This document shows positions 48,263-58,104 of a stretch of 64,000 bases of DNA, piece by piece. A program made the translations under genes and the position numbers. Location: positions 7,789 through 71,788 of the forward strand of contig CAMMMH010000005.1 in assembly GCA_946497955.1 (NCBI GenBank), written 5' to 3'. Each line of letters starts with the position of its first letter. The first letter of the stretch is position 1. Under the pieces are notes generated by a model that was not told where the DNA came from, ran no database searches, and saw only the letters and a list, made by a program, of their open reading frames with translations. The stretch is from an uncultured Mycoplasmatota bacterium. GTDB taxonomy: Bacteria; Bacillota_I; Bacilli_A; RF39; UBA660.

Positions 48263-49111
48263 TTACTTCAACTTATCTAACAAACTATCTAAAAGCTCTT
48301 TACTTTCTATCTTAGTAATTGCAAAACACTTCTTACCTAAATCTTTAAAACTTGCTCCAGAATGATATAGACTTTTCTTATCTAAAATGATAAATCTATC
48401 ATGAAAAGAGTTATTAACTACTAAAGTTACATTATCATACTGTTCTTTATATTTTTCATAATCTATATTGTTATACTTATTGGTAATAAGTGTAGCTTTT
48501 CTATTAGTCTTAGATAATATATCTAATATATTTTTATCAATATAATTATCTATTATAATAATACTACTTAAAGCTTTATCAAATATCTTTATCATTAAAG
48601 AATAAGCATCATAAATCTGTCCTTCAAAAAAGATATGATTATTTTTATCTTTAAAACTGTCAAAGGTATTCTCTATTAATGAAAGCCTATTTTCATGATT
48701 AATTAACATCTTACCATAGTCCATTAGATCATTTGAAATATATTTTCTCATCGCTACAAAAGCATCCATAATTCTTATACTTACTTGTGTAGCGACTTTA
48801 GATTTTAATATTGTAGCAAGCATGGCGACACCTTGTTCTGTAAAAACTCTAGAAGCATATCTATTACCGCCATGATTATTCAATCTTGAGGTCGAAATTT
48901 TCGACCTCAAGTTTATGGTTTCCTCATTAGTTAAAATAAAACTAAACCTTTCTGGAAATTTTTCCATATTATTCTTAACCGCCTCATTAATTCTCTTTGT
49001 TTCAACATGATATAACTTAGCCAAGTCACTATCCAACATCACTTGTTTACCTCTAATTTCATAAATCATGTTTTTTATTTCAATATCTTTTTTTTCTATT
49101 AAATCATTCAT
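48263..49111 (-). CDS. ORF6N-domain (KilA-N-related) DNA-binding protein
   Basis: IYEIRGKQVMLDSDLAKLYHVETKRINEAVKNNMEKFPERFSF...LRSKISTS...VFTEQGVAMLATILKSKVATQVSIRIMDAF is the ORF6N pattern. I start at ATG 49111 (AAGGAGG upstream). Confidence 0.75.
   Translation of the reverse strand: MNDLIEKKDIEIKNMIYEIRGKQVMLDSDLAKLYHVETKRINEAVKNNMEKFPERFSFILTNEETINLRSKISTSRLNNHGGNRYASRVFTEQGVAMLATILKSKVATQVSIRIMDAFVAMRKYISNDLMDYGKMLINHENRLSLIENTFDSFKDKNNHIFFEGQIYDAYSLMIKIFDKALSSIIIIDNYIDKNILDILSKTNRKATLITNKYNNIDYEKYKEQYDNVTLVVNNSFHDRFIILDKKSLYHSGASFKDLGKKCFAITKIESKELLDSLLDKLK
48885..48911. repeat. perfect 27-nt palindrome inside the ORF6N gene
   Basis: CTTGAGGTCGAAA-T-TTTCGACCTCAAG. The 13-nt arms were checked base by base. 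Confidence 0.95.
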
Positions 49112-49282
49112 AAACAAAACCTCCTTAAAAATAATTATTTCAACTCTAACATAAGATAGGAGATAATGCAAAAAGAGAATTTTGCAAATTCAAGACAAAA
49201 TTCCCTTTAATCTTCAAAATTCACTAGTAGAAAATACAAAATTGGTCCTAAAATTAGAGCCAATTTATAAAATTCATACTTT

Positions 49283-50935
49283 TTAAACTTCTTGTATAAC
49301 TGTTATAATCATAGGTTTTGTTTCCATAGTTTTATAAAAGTATTTACCTAAAACATCTCTTACTTCTGTTTTAATTGTAGAATACTCTACTCTTCTAGAG
49401 TTTTCACTTATATTTTTTTCTATTATTTCTAAAGACATATTTTTAATTTCATCTACTAAATCTAAATTATCTTTAACATAGATAAAGCCTCTTGTTAATA
49501 CTTCTGGTCCTGCTAATATCTTTTTAGTTTCTCTATCTAGAGTACAACTTATAATAACAATACCATTTTCTCCTAACATCTCTCTATCTTTTAAGACTAA
49601 ATCTCCTATATCACCATTACTTTTACCATCTATTAAAATCTCATCAGTCTCTATATGTTCATTAGTAGGAACAAGATTACCTTTAATAAATAGTGTTACA
49701 TCTCCATTTTGTTTTAAGATGATATTTTCTTTTGGAATACCAAGAGATTCTGCTACTTCTGCATTAGCATATTGATTTCTATATTCACCTTTAACAGGGA
49801 AATAATACTTAGGATTCATTATATTTATTAAAAGTGATAAATCTTCACGTGATGCATGATGTAATAAGTGCTTCTTACTAGATAAACTAATAGCATTGAC
49901 TCCAAGCATTGCTATTTCATCCATAACAGTTGCAAGACGCTTTTCTATTCCTTCATAAGCAGGTTCTGTTATAAAGATAGTATCATTAGTATTAAGTTTA
50001 ATAAACTTATCATAACCTTTAATAATTCTTTCTAAGTTTGCAAAAGGTTTTTCTTTCTCATCTGATATTAATACTACAGCATCTTTATCTTCTAGATTAT
50101 TTAAGTCACCTATTACTCTTCTATCAATAGTTAAATAATTATTTTTTATTGCATAATTAATAGTATTTTGTAGGGAATGACCCATAATAACAATCTTTCT
50201 ATGTGTCTTACTTACTTCATTAAATATCTCTTGGATTCGATAAAAATGTGCTGGAAAAACTGTTGCAATAATTCTACCTCTATTTTTAGCAAGAACATTT
50301 CTAATAAAATCACTTACTCTATTACTAGGACTAGTATAACCTTCACGTTCTGCATACATAGATTCTGCAAGTAGACAAAGGACACCTTGTTTACCAACAT
50401 AAGCTAGTTTACCTATATCTGTTTTATATAGACCAGTCTCTTTATGGTCAAAAGTAAAATCACCTGTATAAACTATCGCTCCATCTTTAGTATATAAAAC
50501 ATAACACAAAGCATCAGGAATAGAATGAGTCATAGAAATAGGAAAAATACTTTCACGACCAAACTCTAATTTATGATGAGGTTTAATCTCTATTAAATGA
50601 CTCTTTTTAATTTCAGTATCAGTTAAATCTTGTTTTAATATTTCTAGAGTTAATTTCGCTCCATAAATATTAACTTCAGGAATAGATTTTAAAATATCAG
50701 GAACCGCTCCCATATTACCTTCATGACCGTGACTTAAAAAGATACCTTTTATTCTTTTTCTATTTTTTATTAAATAATCAAAGTTAGGAATAATATAATC
50801 TATTCCAAGATTTTTCTCATTATCAAATTTACTTCCAGCATCAAATACATAGATGTTTTTATCTACTTCAACAACATACATATTTTTACCATTTTCGTTT
50901 AGTCCACCTAAACTAAATATTTTTATTTTACTCAT
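49283..50935 (-). CDS. rnj: ribonuclease J (J2-like: metallo-beta-lactamase motif II degenerate)
   Basis: MSKIKIFSLGGLNENGKNMYVVE start and C-terminal KPMIITVIQEV are RNase J hallmarks. Motif II reads HGHEGN instead of HGHEDH. Start at ATG 50935 (AAAGGAG upstream). Confidence 0.85.
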   Translation of the reverse strand: MSKIKIFSLGGLNENGKNMYVVEVDKNIYVFDAGSKFDNEKNLGIDYIIPNFDYLIKNRKRIKGIFLSHGHEGNMGAVPDILKSIPEVNIYGAKLTLEILKQDLTDTEIKKSHLIEIKPHHKLEFGRESIFPISMTHSIPDALCYVLYTKDGAIVYTGDFTFDHKETGLYKTDIGKLAYVGKQGVLCLLAESMYAEREGYTSPSNRVSDFIRNVLAKNRGRIIATVFPAHFYRIQEIFNEVSKTHRKIVIMGHSLQNTINYAIKNNYLTIDRRVIGDLNNLEDKDAVVLISDEKEKPFANLERIIKGYDKFIKLNTNDTIFITEPAYEGIEKRLATVMDEIAMLGVNAISLSSKKHLLHHASREDLSLLINIMNPKYYFPVKGEYRNQYANAEVAESLGIPKENIILKQNGDVTLFIKGNLVPTNEHIETDEILIDGKSNGDIGDLVLKDREMLGENGIVIISCTLDRETKKILAGPEVLTRGFIYVKDNLDLVDEIKNMSLEIIEKNISENSRRVEYSTIKTEVRDVLGKYFYKTMETKPMIITVIQEV

Positions 50936-50992
50936 AAATTCTCCTTTCTTTTTATATAGAAACAAAACTTTACTAATTATACACTATTTCTA

Positions 50993-51463
50993 TTATATTT
51001 TCAAATCAAAGTTTTTAATTAATACTTTATCTCTTTCTTTAATCTCTTTTTCAATACTTAAAGATTCTAATTTATTATCTACTAAATATTTAGAATGGTA
51101 CCTCTCTAATTTATAAACTCTATAATTACCTAATAAATCAAGGTACTTATCATGAGCAATATAAAGATTCCCTATTAAAAGAGAATTATTATAATTACGT
51201 CCTAAATTAGTAACATCTTCTTTTTCATAGTCTTGTTCAACAGATTCAGTGAGTATAGACAATGATGTTTTTATAATAGTAGAACTCTCCACTAAAATGG
51301 ATAGCCTTTCACATATTTCAAAATCTTTTAACATTTCACTGCTAGTTATAATATTTTCAAGCACAAATGAAACTATCTTTTCTCTATTTTCATAACCTTC
51401 TAATTCTAAGTTTATAAGCAACTTTATTAAATTATTATATATTCTTAACTCTTTTGTATTCAT
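50993..51463 (-). CDS. hypothetical protein
   Basis: 156-aa ORF between rnc and rnj. No family recognised. Confidence 0.5.
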   Translation of the reverse strand: MNTKELRIYNNLIKLLINLELEGYENREKIVSFVLENIITSSEMLKDFEICERLSILVESSTIIKTSLSILTESVEQDYEKEDVTNLGRNYNNSLLIGNLYIAHDKYLDLLGNYRVYKLERYHSKYLVDNKLESLSIEKEIKERDKVLIKNFDLKI

Positions 51464-51465
51464 AA

Positions 51466-52131
51466 TTATATAGCAAGCTTCTCTAAAGCATTTTTAGCAG
51501 CTAACTGTTCTGCTTCTTTCTTACTACTTCCTACTCCTTCTCCATAGATAATACCATCTACTCTTACTTGCATTTTAAAGGTTTTATCATGAGGAGGACC
51601 TGATTCAGAGATTAATTCATAATAAAGGCTCTTTTTACTAGTTTGCACAGCTTCTTGTAAAGCAGATTTATAATCAGAGAAAAATATTACATTAGGGTTA
51701 GTTACATAAGGAACAATAATATCTAAAATAACTCTTCTAACAGTAGCATAACCAAGATCTAAGTAAATCGCTCCCATAAGTGATTCAAAGATATCAGCGA
51801 CAATTGCTTTTTTATGTTTACCGCCATTTAACTCTTCTCCATGTCCTACTTTTATATAGTTATTAAGTCCAAGTCCTAAGGAATACTCATATAAAGCATT
51901 TTCACATACATAACTTGCTCTTACTTTAGTCATAGTACCTTCATTCTCATCATGGTTACGATATAAGTAATCAGCCATAACAAGGTCAACAACTGCATCT
52001 CCTAAAAACTCTAATCTCTCATAATCTTTTTTCGCTCTATGTTCATTTGCATATGATGAATGAGAAAATGCTACTTCATAAAGTTTTAAATTTTTAGGAG
52101 TTATATTTAATTTTTTAAATAATTCATCCAT
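51466..52131 (-). CDS. rnc: ribonuclease III
   Basis: ERLEFLGDAV signature and a C-terminal dsRBD (GPPHDKTFKMQV...SKKEAEQLAAKNAL). Confidence 0.95.
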   Translation of the reverse strand: MDELFKKLNITPKNLKLYEVAFSHSSYANEHRAKKDYERLEFLGDAVVDLVMADYLYRNHDENEGTMTKVRASYVCENALYEYSLGLGLNNYIKVGHGEELNGGKHKKAIVADIFESLMGAIYLDLGYATVRRVILDIIVPYVTNPNVIFFSDYKSALQEAVQTSKKSLYYELISESGPPHDKTFKMQVRVDGIIYGEGVGSSKKEAEQLAAKNALEKLAI

Positions 52132-52483
52132 TGATTATCACTTCTTTCCATATATCTTCTTTAAAGCCAGTTAAAACAATATTTTCTCCCACTAAAAGAG
52201 GCCTTTTAACAAGCATACCATCAGTAGATAATAACTCTAACTTTTCATCTAAAGTCATGTTAGGTAATTTATCTTTTAGATGTAGTTCTTTATATAAATT
52301 ACCACTAGTATTAAAAAAAGTCTTAATATCTTTACCACTAACTTCAAGAAACTTCTTTAATTCTTCTTTAGTAGGATTATCAGTTACGATATTTCTATCA
52401 GTATATTTAATATTATTATCATCTAAAAACTTTTTAGCTTTCCTACAAGTACTACACTTTGGATATTCTATAAATAAATACAT
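52124..52483 (-). CDS. ArsC/Spx-family thioredoxin-fold protein
   Basis: MYLFIEYPKCSTCRKAKKFL with a CxxC-like pair. GMLVKRPLLV near the C-terminus. Start is probably ATG 52483. Confidence 0.7.
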   Translation of the reverse strand: MYLFIEYPKCSTCRKAKKFLDDNNIKYTDRNIVTDNPTKEELKKFLEVSGKDIKTFFNTSGNLYKELHLKDKLPNMTLDEKLELLSTDGMLVKRPLLVGENIVLTGFKEDIWKEVIING

Positions 52484-52556
52484 AATGGTCCCTCTTTCCA
52501 TACTTATTATACATAAATTTAAGGCAAAAGAAAAGTAGTATTAAAAAAACACATAA

Positions 52557-53771
52557 CTACATGTGCTTCTTATAATCAGAATCATTATTTTGTTTCATTT
52601 TTTCTAAATCATCTCTCATAATATATAATTTAATTAAAATAATTACTCTTACATAGTCTTTATCTTCTAGCATTGAAGCAATTCCTCCAATTCTAGAAAG
52701 TTTTTTTAAACTTTTTATATAATCAAAAACTTCTTTATATGTACTAGTAATAATTATTTTCTTGTGAGCATCTTTTTCTGATATAAATTGTTTTATATAA
52801 TCTTGATGAACTGCTCTTCTCAATTCTCCTATATGGTCTTTAATTATTATCATTTCTTCAATCATATTAATTTCATCATTAGTTTTGGAAAAAAGCTGTC
52901 CCTCATCAAAGTTTGTTTTTAAATTTATATATTCTTGAACGATTTCATCATCATCTGTTTTTTCTACTTTATCTTTTAAATCATTAATTTTATTTTGTAA
53001 GTAAAATGCTTGGGATATAAGCATAGCAATTTCTTCATTAATATCATTAAAGTAGTCCTTAACTTTGTCAGAGAAATCTTCCAAATTTTGATGATGCCAT
53101 TCAAGAATCTTGTTATATGCATTTTTCATTGTTGTATCTATCTCTGCTCTTGCTATATCATATCCAGCATAATATTTGTATTTTTCAGTTAATACTTCTA
53201 TTTTTCTTAAAAATTCATTTTCAATACTATATTTTTCTTTTATACTTAATAATTGTTCATAAAATTCATCAAAACTACAGTTATAATTAACCCTATTAGT
53301 AACTTTTTTTTCATCAATATTATGTTTTTGATAAAATTCATTTTGAAATTTTAAATACACTTTTAATATCTCTGTAAGTGAATTATTATAAGAACAATCA
53401 ACTTCTCTAACTGTATTATACATTTTTGTTCCAAAAATTCTAATAATTTCATTTATATAAAAAACATAATTTGGAAAAAGTTGTCCATTTTTTTTAAATT
53501 GATATTTCTTTAACCCTTCTATTTTCTCCATCTTATAGTTAAAAACTATATCTATATTCTCTTTATAATCACTTCTATCTTTATTATTTAATAATGTTTC
53601 ATAGGCTATATTTATTTGTTTTAACTTATCTTCAGCTTTATTTCTTTCTTCATCATCTTTAAAATTATCTGGATGATATTTCTTTGCTAATTTACGATAA
53701 ACTATTTTAAGTTCTTTTAAAGTATAACTACTACTAATCTTTAAAATTTCTAAAGCATCATAAACTGTCAT
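52557..53771 (-). CDS. J-domain protein with a long uncharacterised helical C-terminal region
   Basis: N-terminal YDALEILKISSSYTLKELKIVYRKLAKKYHPDN carries the HPD tripeptide. No Gly/Phe region, zinc finger or DnaJ C-terminal domains. Confidence 0.7.
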   Translation of the reverse strand: MTVYDALEILKISSSYTLKELKIVYRKLAKKYHPDNFKDDEERNKAEDKLKQINIAYETLLNNKDRSDYKENIDIVFNYKMEKIEGLKKYQFKKNGQLFPNYVFYINEIIRIFGTKMYNTVREVDCSYNNSLTEILKVYLKFQNEFYQKHNIDEKKVTNRVNYNCSFDEFYEQLLSIKEKYSIENEFLRKIEVLTEKYKYYAGYDIARAEIDTTMKNAYNKILEWHHQNLEDFSDKVKDYFNDINEEIAMLISQAFYLQNKINDLKDKVEKTDDDEIVQEYINLKTNFDEGQLFSKTNDEINMIEEMIIIKDHIGELRRAVHQDYIKQFISEKDAHKKIIITSTYKEVFDYIKSLKKLSRIGGIASMLEDKDYVRVIILIKLYIMRDDLEKMKQNNDSDYKKHM

Positions 53772-53800
53772 AGATAATCCCCCTTTTCAGATTGATTCAT

Positions 53801-53829
53801 ATTATATAACAAAACATATTGCTTGTCAA
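53801..53829 (-). promoter_or_regulatory. sigma-A-type promoter for the J-domain gene
   Basis: Minus strand: TTGACA (53824..53829) - 17 nt - TATAAT (53801..53806). Confidence 0.55.
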
Positions 53830-53838
53830 AATTACCAC

Positions 53839-53866
53839 AAAAAAAACAGAAGATTATTAATCTCCT
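53839..53866 (-). terminator. intrinsic terminator after the ABC permease gene
   Basis: Minus strand: AGGAGATT-AAT-AATCTTCT (one G-U pair) followed by GTTTTTTTT. Confidence 0.5.
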
Positions 53867-53893
53867 ATTCTTATTAATTATTATATCTAACTA

Positions 53894-54685
53894 TTACTCT
53901 AAATTAAGTTTATTCTTAAGAATGTAATTAGTTATTGGTGTAACCACTGCTGTAAATACTATAACAAGCCCTATCAATATTCCAAATAAGATATTAACTG
54001 ATGATATAACAGTTATTTCACTATCTAAGCTACTTACAAAATCTGGACTTATCACACCTATAAAAGTAAGAGAGAAAGTAAAGTACATCTCATAGATAAT
54101 GTAAAGGATTATATAAGCAAGAAAACTAAAGCCTAGTTTATTAGTATTTTTTAATTGTCCTAAAGCGATAGATAAGTAACATACAGCAAGTCCTGAAATG
54201 TAAGCTACTATCATAAGAACTGCCACTAGTATTAACATAACTACTGCATCACTTGGTATATCTTTAAAGAAGTCCGCTACACCATTTGCAAAACCACTCC
54301 ATTCTCCATTACCTATTACTAGTATTATAATAGATATAAACATAACAGCAAGACTTGTAACCATAGTAGTTACACCTGTTATAAATTTAGATGTGATAAT
54401 AGTACTTTTCTTAACAGGTAAAGTATTAATTAAATAACCTCGTTCAGTTGCAAAGTCTAAATAGAAGTCTCTGATACTTAAGAAGAATGTTCCTACAATT
54501 AATACCATTAATATTACAACATAGCTTATTATCATAAGAGCATTTAAAGTTGAAAATAAGTTAGAGGTATCAGAAAGATTATTAAGTATTACAGTTAAAA
54601 TAGTAATAACCACTGTAATTAAATATATTGGTAATAAAGTCTTATATAGATTTTTAAAATCATATTTCAATAGTTTACCTAACAT
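53894..54685 (-). CDS. ABC-2-type transporter permease
   Basis: 263 aa with six hydrophobic helices. Overlaps the upstream ATPase gene. Confidence 0.65.
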   Translation of the reverse strand: MLGKLLKYDFKNLYKTLLPIYLITVVITILTVILNNLSDTSNLFSTLNALMIISYVVILMVLIVGTFFLSIRDFYLDFATERGYLINTLPVKKSTIITSKFITGVTTMVTSLAVMFISIIILVIGNGEWSGFANGVADFFKDIPSDAVVMLILVAVLMIVAYISGLAVCYLSIALGQLKNTNKLGFSFLAYIILYIIYEMYFTFSLTFIGVISPDFVSSLDSEITVISSVNILFGILIGLVIVFTAVVTPITNYILKNKLNLE

Positions 54686-55374
54686 TTAAATTCCTCCCTA
54701 AATAAATCATTAATAGATAATTTTGTCTCTTTTCTAATCTCATCTGTACTACCACTTCTTACCACTTTACCATTTTTTAAGAATATTATTTCATCTAATA
54801 CTTTCTCTAAATCACTAATTAAGTGAGTTGAAATGAGTAGTGAAGCATCATCACTAAAATTAGTTAATATTGTATTAATGATATAGTCTCTGGCCGCTGG
54901 GTCAATCCCTCCAATAGGTTCATCTAAAATATAAAGTTTCGCTTTCCTACTCATAACAAGGATTAACTGAACTTTTTCTTTAGTACCTTTAGACATCGTC
55001 TTTAGTTTTTGATTTAAATCAAGGTCTAACTTACCTATTAACTCTTTCGCTTTATCTATTCTAAAGTCTTCATAAAAGTCTTTAAAATAGTTAAGTAACT
55101 CTAATACTGTCATATTATTATTTAGATAGTTTTTATCAGGTAAATACGAGATTATTTTTTTAGTTTCAACTCCAAGGTCTAAGCCATTTACTTTAATAGT
55201 ACCAGAATCTTCTTTTAATAAATCATTTATTAATTTAATAAGGGTCGTCTTACCACTTCCATTTGGTCCTAAAAGCCCTACTATCTTACCTTTAGGAATA
55301 CTAAAAGTAACATCATCTAAGACTTTGTTATTACCATAACTTTTAGTTATATGACTAACTTCTAATAAAGCCAT
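54679..55374 (-). CDS. ABC transporter ATP-binding protein
   Basis: Walker A GLLGPNGSGKTT, signature MSKGTKEKV, Walker B LYILDEP. Confidence 0.9.
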   Translation of the reverse strand: MALLEVSHITKSYGNNKVLDDVTFSIPKGKIVGLLGPNGSGKTTLIKLINDLLKEDSGTIKVNGLDLGVETKKIISYLPDKNYLNNNMTVLELLNYFKDFYEDFRIDKAKELIGKLDLDLNQKLKTMSKGTKEKVQLILVMSRKAKLYILDEPIGGIDPAARDYIINTILTNFSDDASLLISTHLISDLEKVLDEIIFLKNGKVVRSGSTDEIRKETKLSINDLFREEFKC

Positions 55375-55757
55375 TAAATTTCACTCTCCTTTAATATTTT
55401 CTTAATATCAGTATCACTATATCCTAAAGATTTTAAATTATTAATAAAATCTTGATATAGAGTTTTAGCAACTAATCTTTTTTCTTTTAAGATAAACTCC
55501 TTATCTTCAGTAACATATTTACCACTAGTTCTAACAGTATAAATAAATCCCTCTTCTTCTAATCCTTGTAAAGCTTTCTGCATTGTATTAGGATTTACTT
55601 GATATTTTAAGGCAAAGTCACGAACAGAAGGTATTTTACTACTTGGAAGTAACTCTCCTTTAAAAATCTCTTTTTTAATTATCTCTTCTAGTTGTAAATA
55701 GATAGGTTTATCATTATCAAAAACATAACTTATAATTATCACCTCTTTTTGTATCAC
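55374..55757 (-). CDS. GntR-family (YtrA-subfamily) transcriptional regulator
   Basis: PIYLQLEEIIKKEIFKGELLPSSKIPSVRDFALKYQVNPNTMQKALQGLEEEGFIY winged-helix region. Short protein followed by ABC genes, as in ytrA-type operons. Start codon uncertain (GTG 55757). Confidence 0.8.
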   Translation of the reverse strand: MIQKEVIIISYVFDNDKPIYLQLEEIIKKEIFKGELLPSSKIPSVRDFALKYQVNPNTMQKALQGLEEEGFIYTVRTSGKYVTEDKEFILKEKRLVAKTLYQDFINNLKSLGYSDTDIKKILKESEI

Positions 55758-55823
55758 TTACTTAATACAGTTATACAACAAACATATGATAATGTCAAGA
55801 AAAAAATACCAAATTTATTGGTA

Positions 55824-57413
55824 TTAATTCTTTAATTTAAAAGTTTTAGGGGCATAGTTATATATTAAGAATAGCGATATCACAGAATAAAGTATGACAA
55901 ATATTATCATGATAATTCCAAAGATAAAGGTTGATACTTCTATTCTTGAGATATAATAACAGGCCCAGTAAGTTATTAGGCTAGCAATTGTATAAGTTGT
56001 ACTTTTCATTTCCATGCCAATATTATAAGGTTGTAATAAATAATATAAGACTAAGTTATGGATAGAAAAGAATATAGACATAGAGATAATTGATAATATG
56101 ATAATTATATAGTTTAAAGGATTAGAGGTTCCTCCACTTAAGAATAAAAGTATGGCAAGAACTAGAGCAAGAACCACTGTTGGTAATAAGTTAATGACTA
56201 TTACTGTTTTTAATCTTTCTCTAAATAAAGATAAAACTATTTTAGGTTCTCTATAAAATCTATAAAATAACATCGAATGGTCACAGTTCATAAACATAGC
56301 ATTAGTAATGTTTTTCCCTGTGTTAATAAAGTACATAATAAATAACATATAAGGTAGTAGTAATAAAGCAAATGTATTGATACCTTGTTTTAAAACAGGA
56401 ACAAAGAAAATAAGTATTCCTAAGATTATTCCTATTACCAAGATAATAACAGTCATCTTTTTAGCACTATCGATTAAGATTTTACGGTGTCTTTTTACAA
56501 ATAAATCATGGAAATAGGCAAAGCCACTCTTATCACTAGTTATACCTTTATCAAGAGTAATTTGATTTCTACTAGTAGTAGTTAATTGTTCCGTATTATT
56601 AGATGTATTAACAACAAAAATATTATCATGCTTTAATAATTCTTTACATAAATATTGATAGTTATTATAAGTTAAAACTTTTCTAAAAGACATTATTCCA
56701 AGTATTAAGGTAATAACACAAACTATATAGAAAACATTAACTGGTATAACTAGATTAAAGTATGGTAATAAATATCCTATTAATAAAAGAGATATTATTA
56801 AGAAAAAATATAAAGCCCATGATTTAGGTTTATTCTCATTTATAATGATATTATTCTTTTTCATACGATAGAAATAGAAGGCAATAGCAATTGATTTAAC
56901 ACATAATGTAAATAATACTAACATTAAGGCTTGATACCATGTAATAACGTTAAAGAATAATAGAATTAAAGATACTAATTGTCCTACAAAGATACTTCCT
57001 AAGAAATAAATAAAGTTAGGAACAATATAGTCTTTTGCTCGCATTTTCATTAAGACTATTAAATAATATTTATCTCTTGTCGGATTAAATATTTCTGTGT
57101 TAGCGAAAGCTCCAATTAAAGCTAGAAAGATATAGATATGTATTATGTAACTAACATCAAAACTTTTATAAAGAGTTAATGGTAATAACAAGAATATATA
57201 AATATAAAGTAGTTTATATCCAAAAGTCCTAATTAATTCTCTTATAATAAAGATTATAAAACTAATTATTTTAAAACTTTTAAAGCCATAAAACTTAGTA
57301 GGTATTAACTTACCTATTAAAGGCAGTTTACTAAAGCCATAAATAATCTGATTAACAGTATAAGCATTTTTTACTCTTAAAGATATTAAAAAGTTATTAA
57401 GCATCTTCTTCAC
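55824..57413 (-). CDS. large polytopic membrane protein, putative ABC exporter permease
   Basis: 529 aa with at least 10 hydrophobic helices. Overlaps the upstream ATPase gene by 17 nt. Confidence 0.55.
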   Translation of the reverse strand: MKKMLNNFLISLRVKNAYTVNQIIYGFSKLPLIGKLIPTKFYGFKSFKIISFIIFIIRELIRTFGYKLLYIYIFLLLPLTLYKSFDVSYIIHIYIFLALIGAFANTEIFNPTRDKYYLIVLMKMRAKDYIVPNFIYFLGSIFVGQLVSLILLFFNVITWYQALMLVLFTLCVKSIAIAFYFYRMKKNNIIINENKPKSWALYFFLIISLLLIGYLLPYFNLVIPVNVFYIVCVITLILGIMSFRKVLTYNNYQYLCKELLKHDNIFVVNTSNNTEQLTTTSRNQITLDKGITSDKSGFAYFHDLFVKRHRKILIDSAKKMTVIILVIGIILGILIFFVPVLKQGINTFALLLLPYMLFIMYFINTGKNITNAMFMNCDHSMLFYRFYREPKIVLSLFRERLKTVIVINLLPTVVLALVLAILLFLSGGTSNPLNYIIIILSIISMSIFFSIHNLVLYYLLQPYNIGMEMKSTTYTIASLITYWACYYISRIEVSTFIFGIIMIIFVILYSVISLFLIYNYAPKTFKLKN

Positions 57414-58104
57414 CTTTTAAAACATTAATTATCTTATTCTTTAATTCTTTATCTGTTAATTCATCTCTTTTTATTTCTAAAAGCTCCCCTTTATTTAATA
57501 CTACTATCTCATCACATAAATCTAGAGCAAGTTCCATAATATGGGTAGAAAAGATAAGAATTCTATCCTTCTTCATTTTCTTTAATAACTCTTTCATCTC
57601 TTCTGCTACTACAACATCAAATGATGTTAAAGGCTCATCAAGTAATAAAATGTTTGGACTTGCAATTAAATAGATTAACATCTGCATTTTATTCTTCATA
57701 CCATGAGAATAATCTTTCATTAATTTATCTCTATCTTCCACATCTATCTTAACTATATCAAAATATTCATCTATAGTTTTTAAATCTTTAATATTATCTT
57801 TATTAATATCTATAAAGTATTTTAAAAACTCTCTTCCTGTTAAGAATTCAGGAACAACAGGAGTTGATAGAACATAGCCTATATCACTACTTTCTATTTT
57901 TTTATTAGACTTACCATCACTTAAATAAAACTCTCCACTATCACACTTTAAATCTTCATTTAAGCAGTTAAAGAAAGTAGTCTTACCTGCTCCATTTCTT
58001 CCTAAAAGTCCATAAATCTTACCACTTTCAAATGTAAAATTAATATTTTTAAGTACTTCCTTTTTATCGAAGTTTTTACTTAGATTTTCTATTACTAACT
58101 TCAT
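57397..58104 (-). CDS. ABC transporter ATP-binding protein
   Basis: Walker A GLLGRNGAGKTT, signature YSHGMKNKM, Walker B LLLDEP. Confidence 0.9.
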   Translation of the reverse strand: MKLVIENLSKNFDKKEVLKNINFTFESGKIYGLLGRNGAGKTTFFNCLNEDLKCDSGEFYLSDGKSNKKIESSDIGYVLSTPVVPEFLTGREFLKYFIDINKDNIKDLKTIDEYFDIVKIDVEDRDKLMKDYSHGMKNKMQMLIYLIASPNILLLDEPLTSFDVVVAEEMKELLKKMKKDRILIFSTHIMELALDLCDEIVVLNKGELLEIKRDELTDKELKNKIINVLKGEEDA

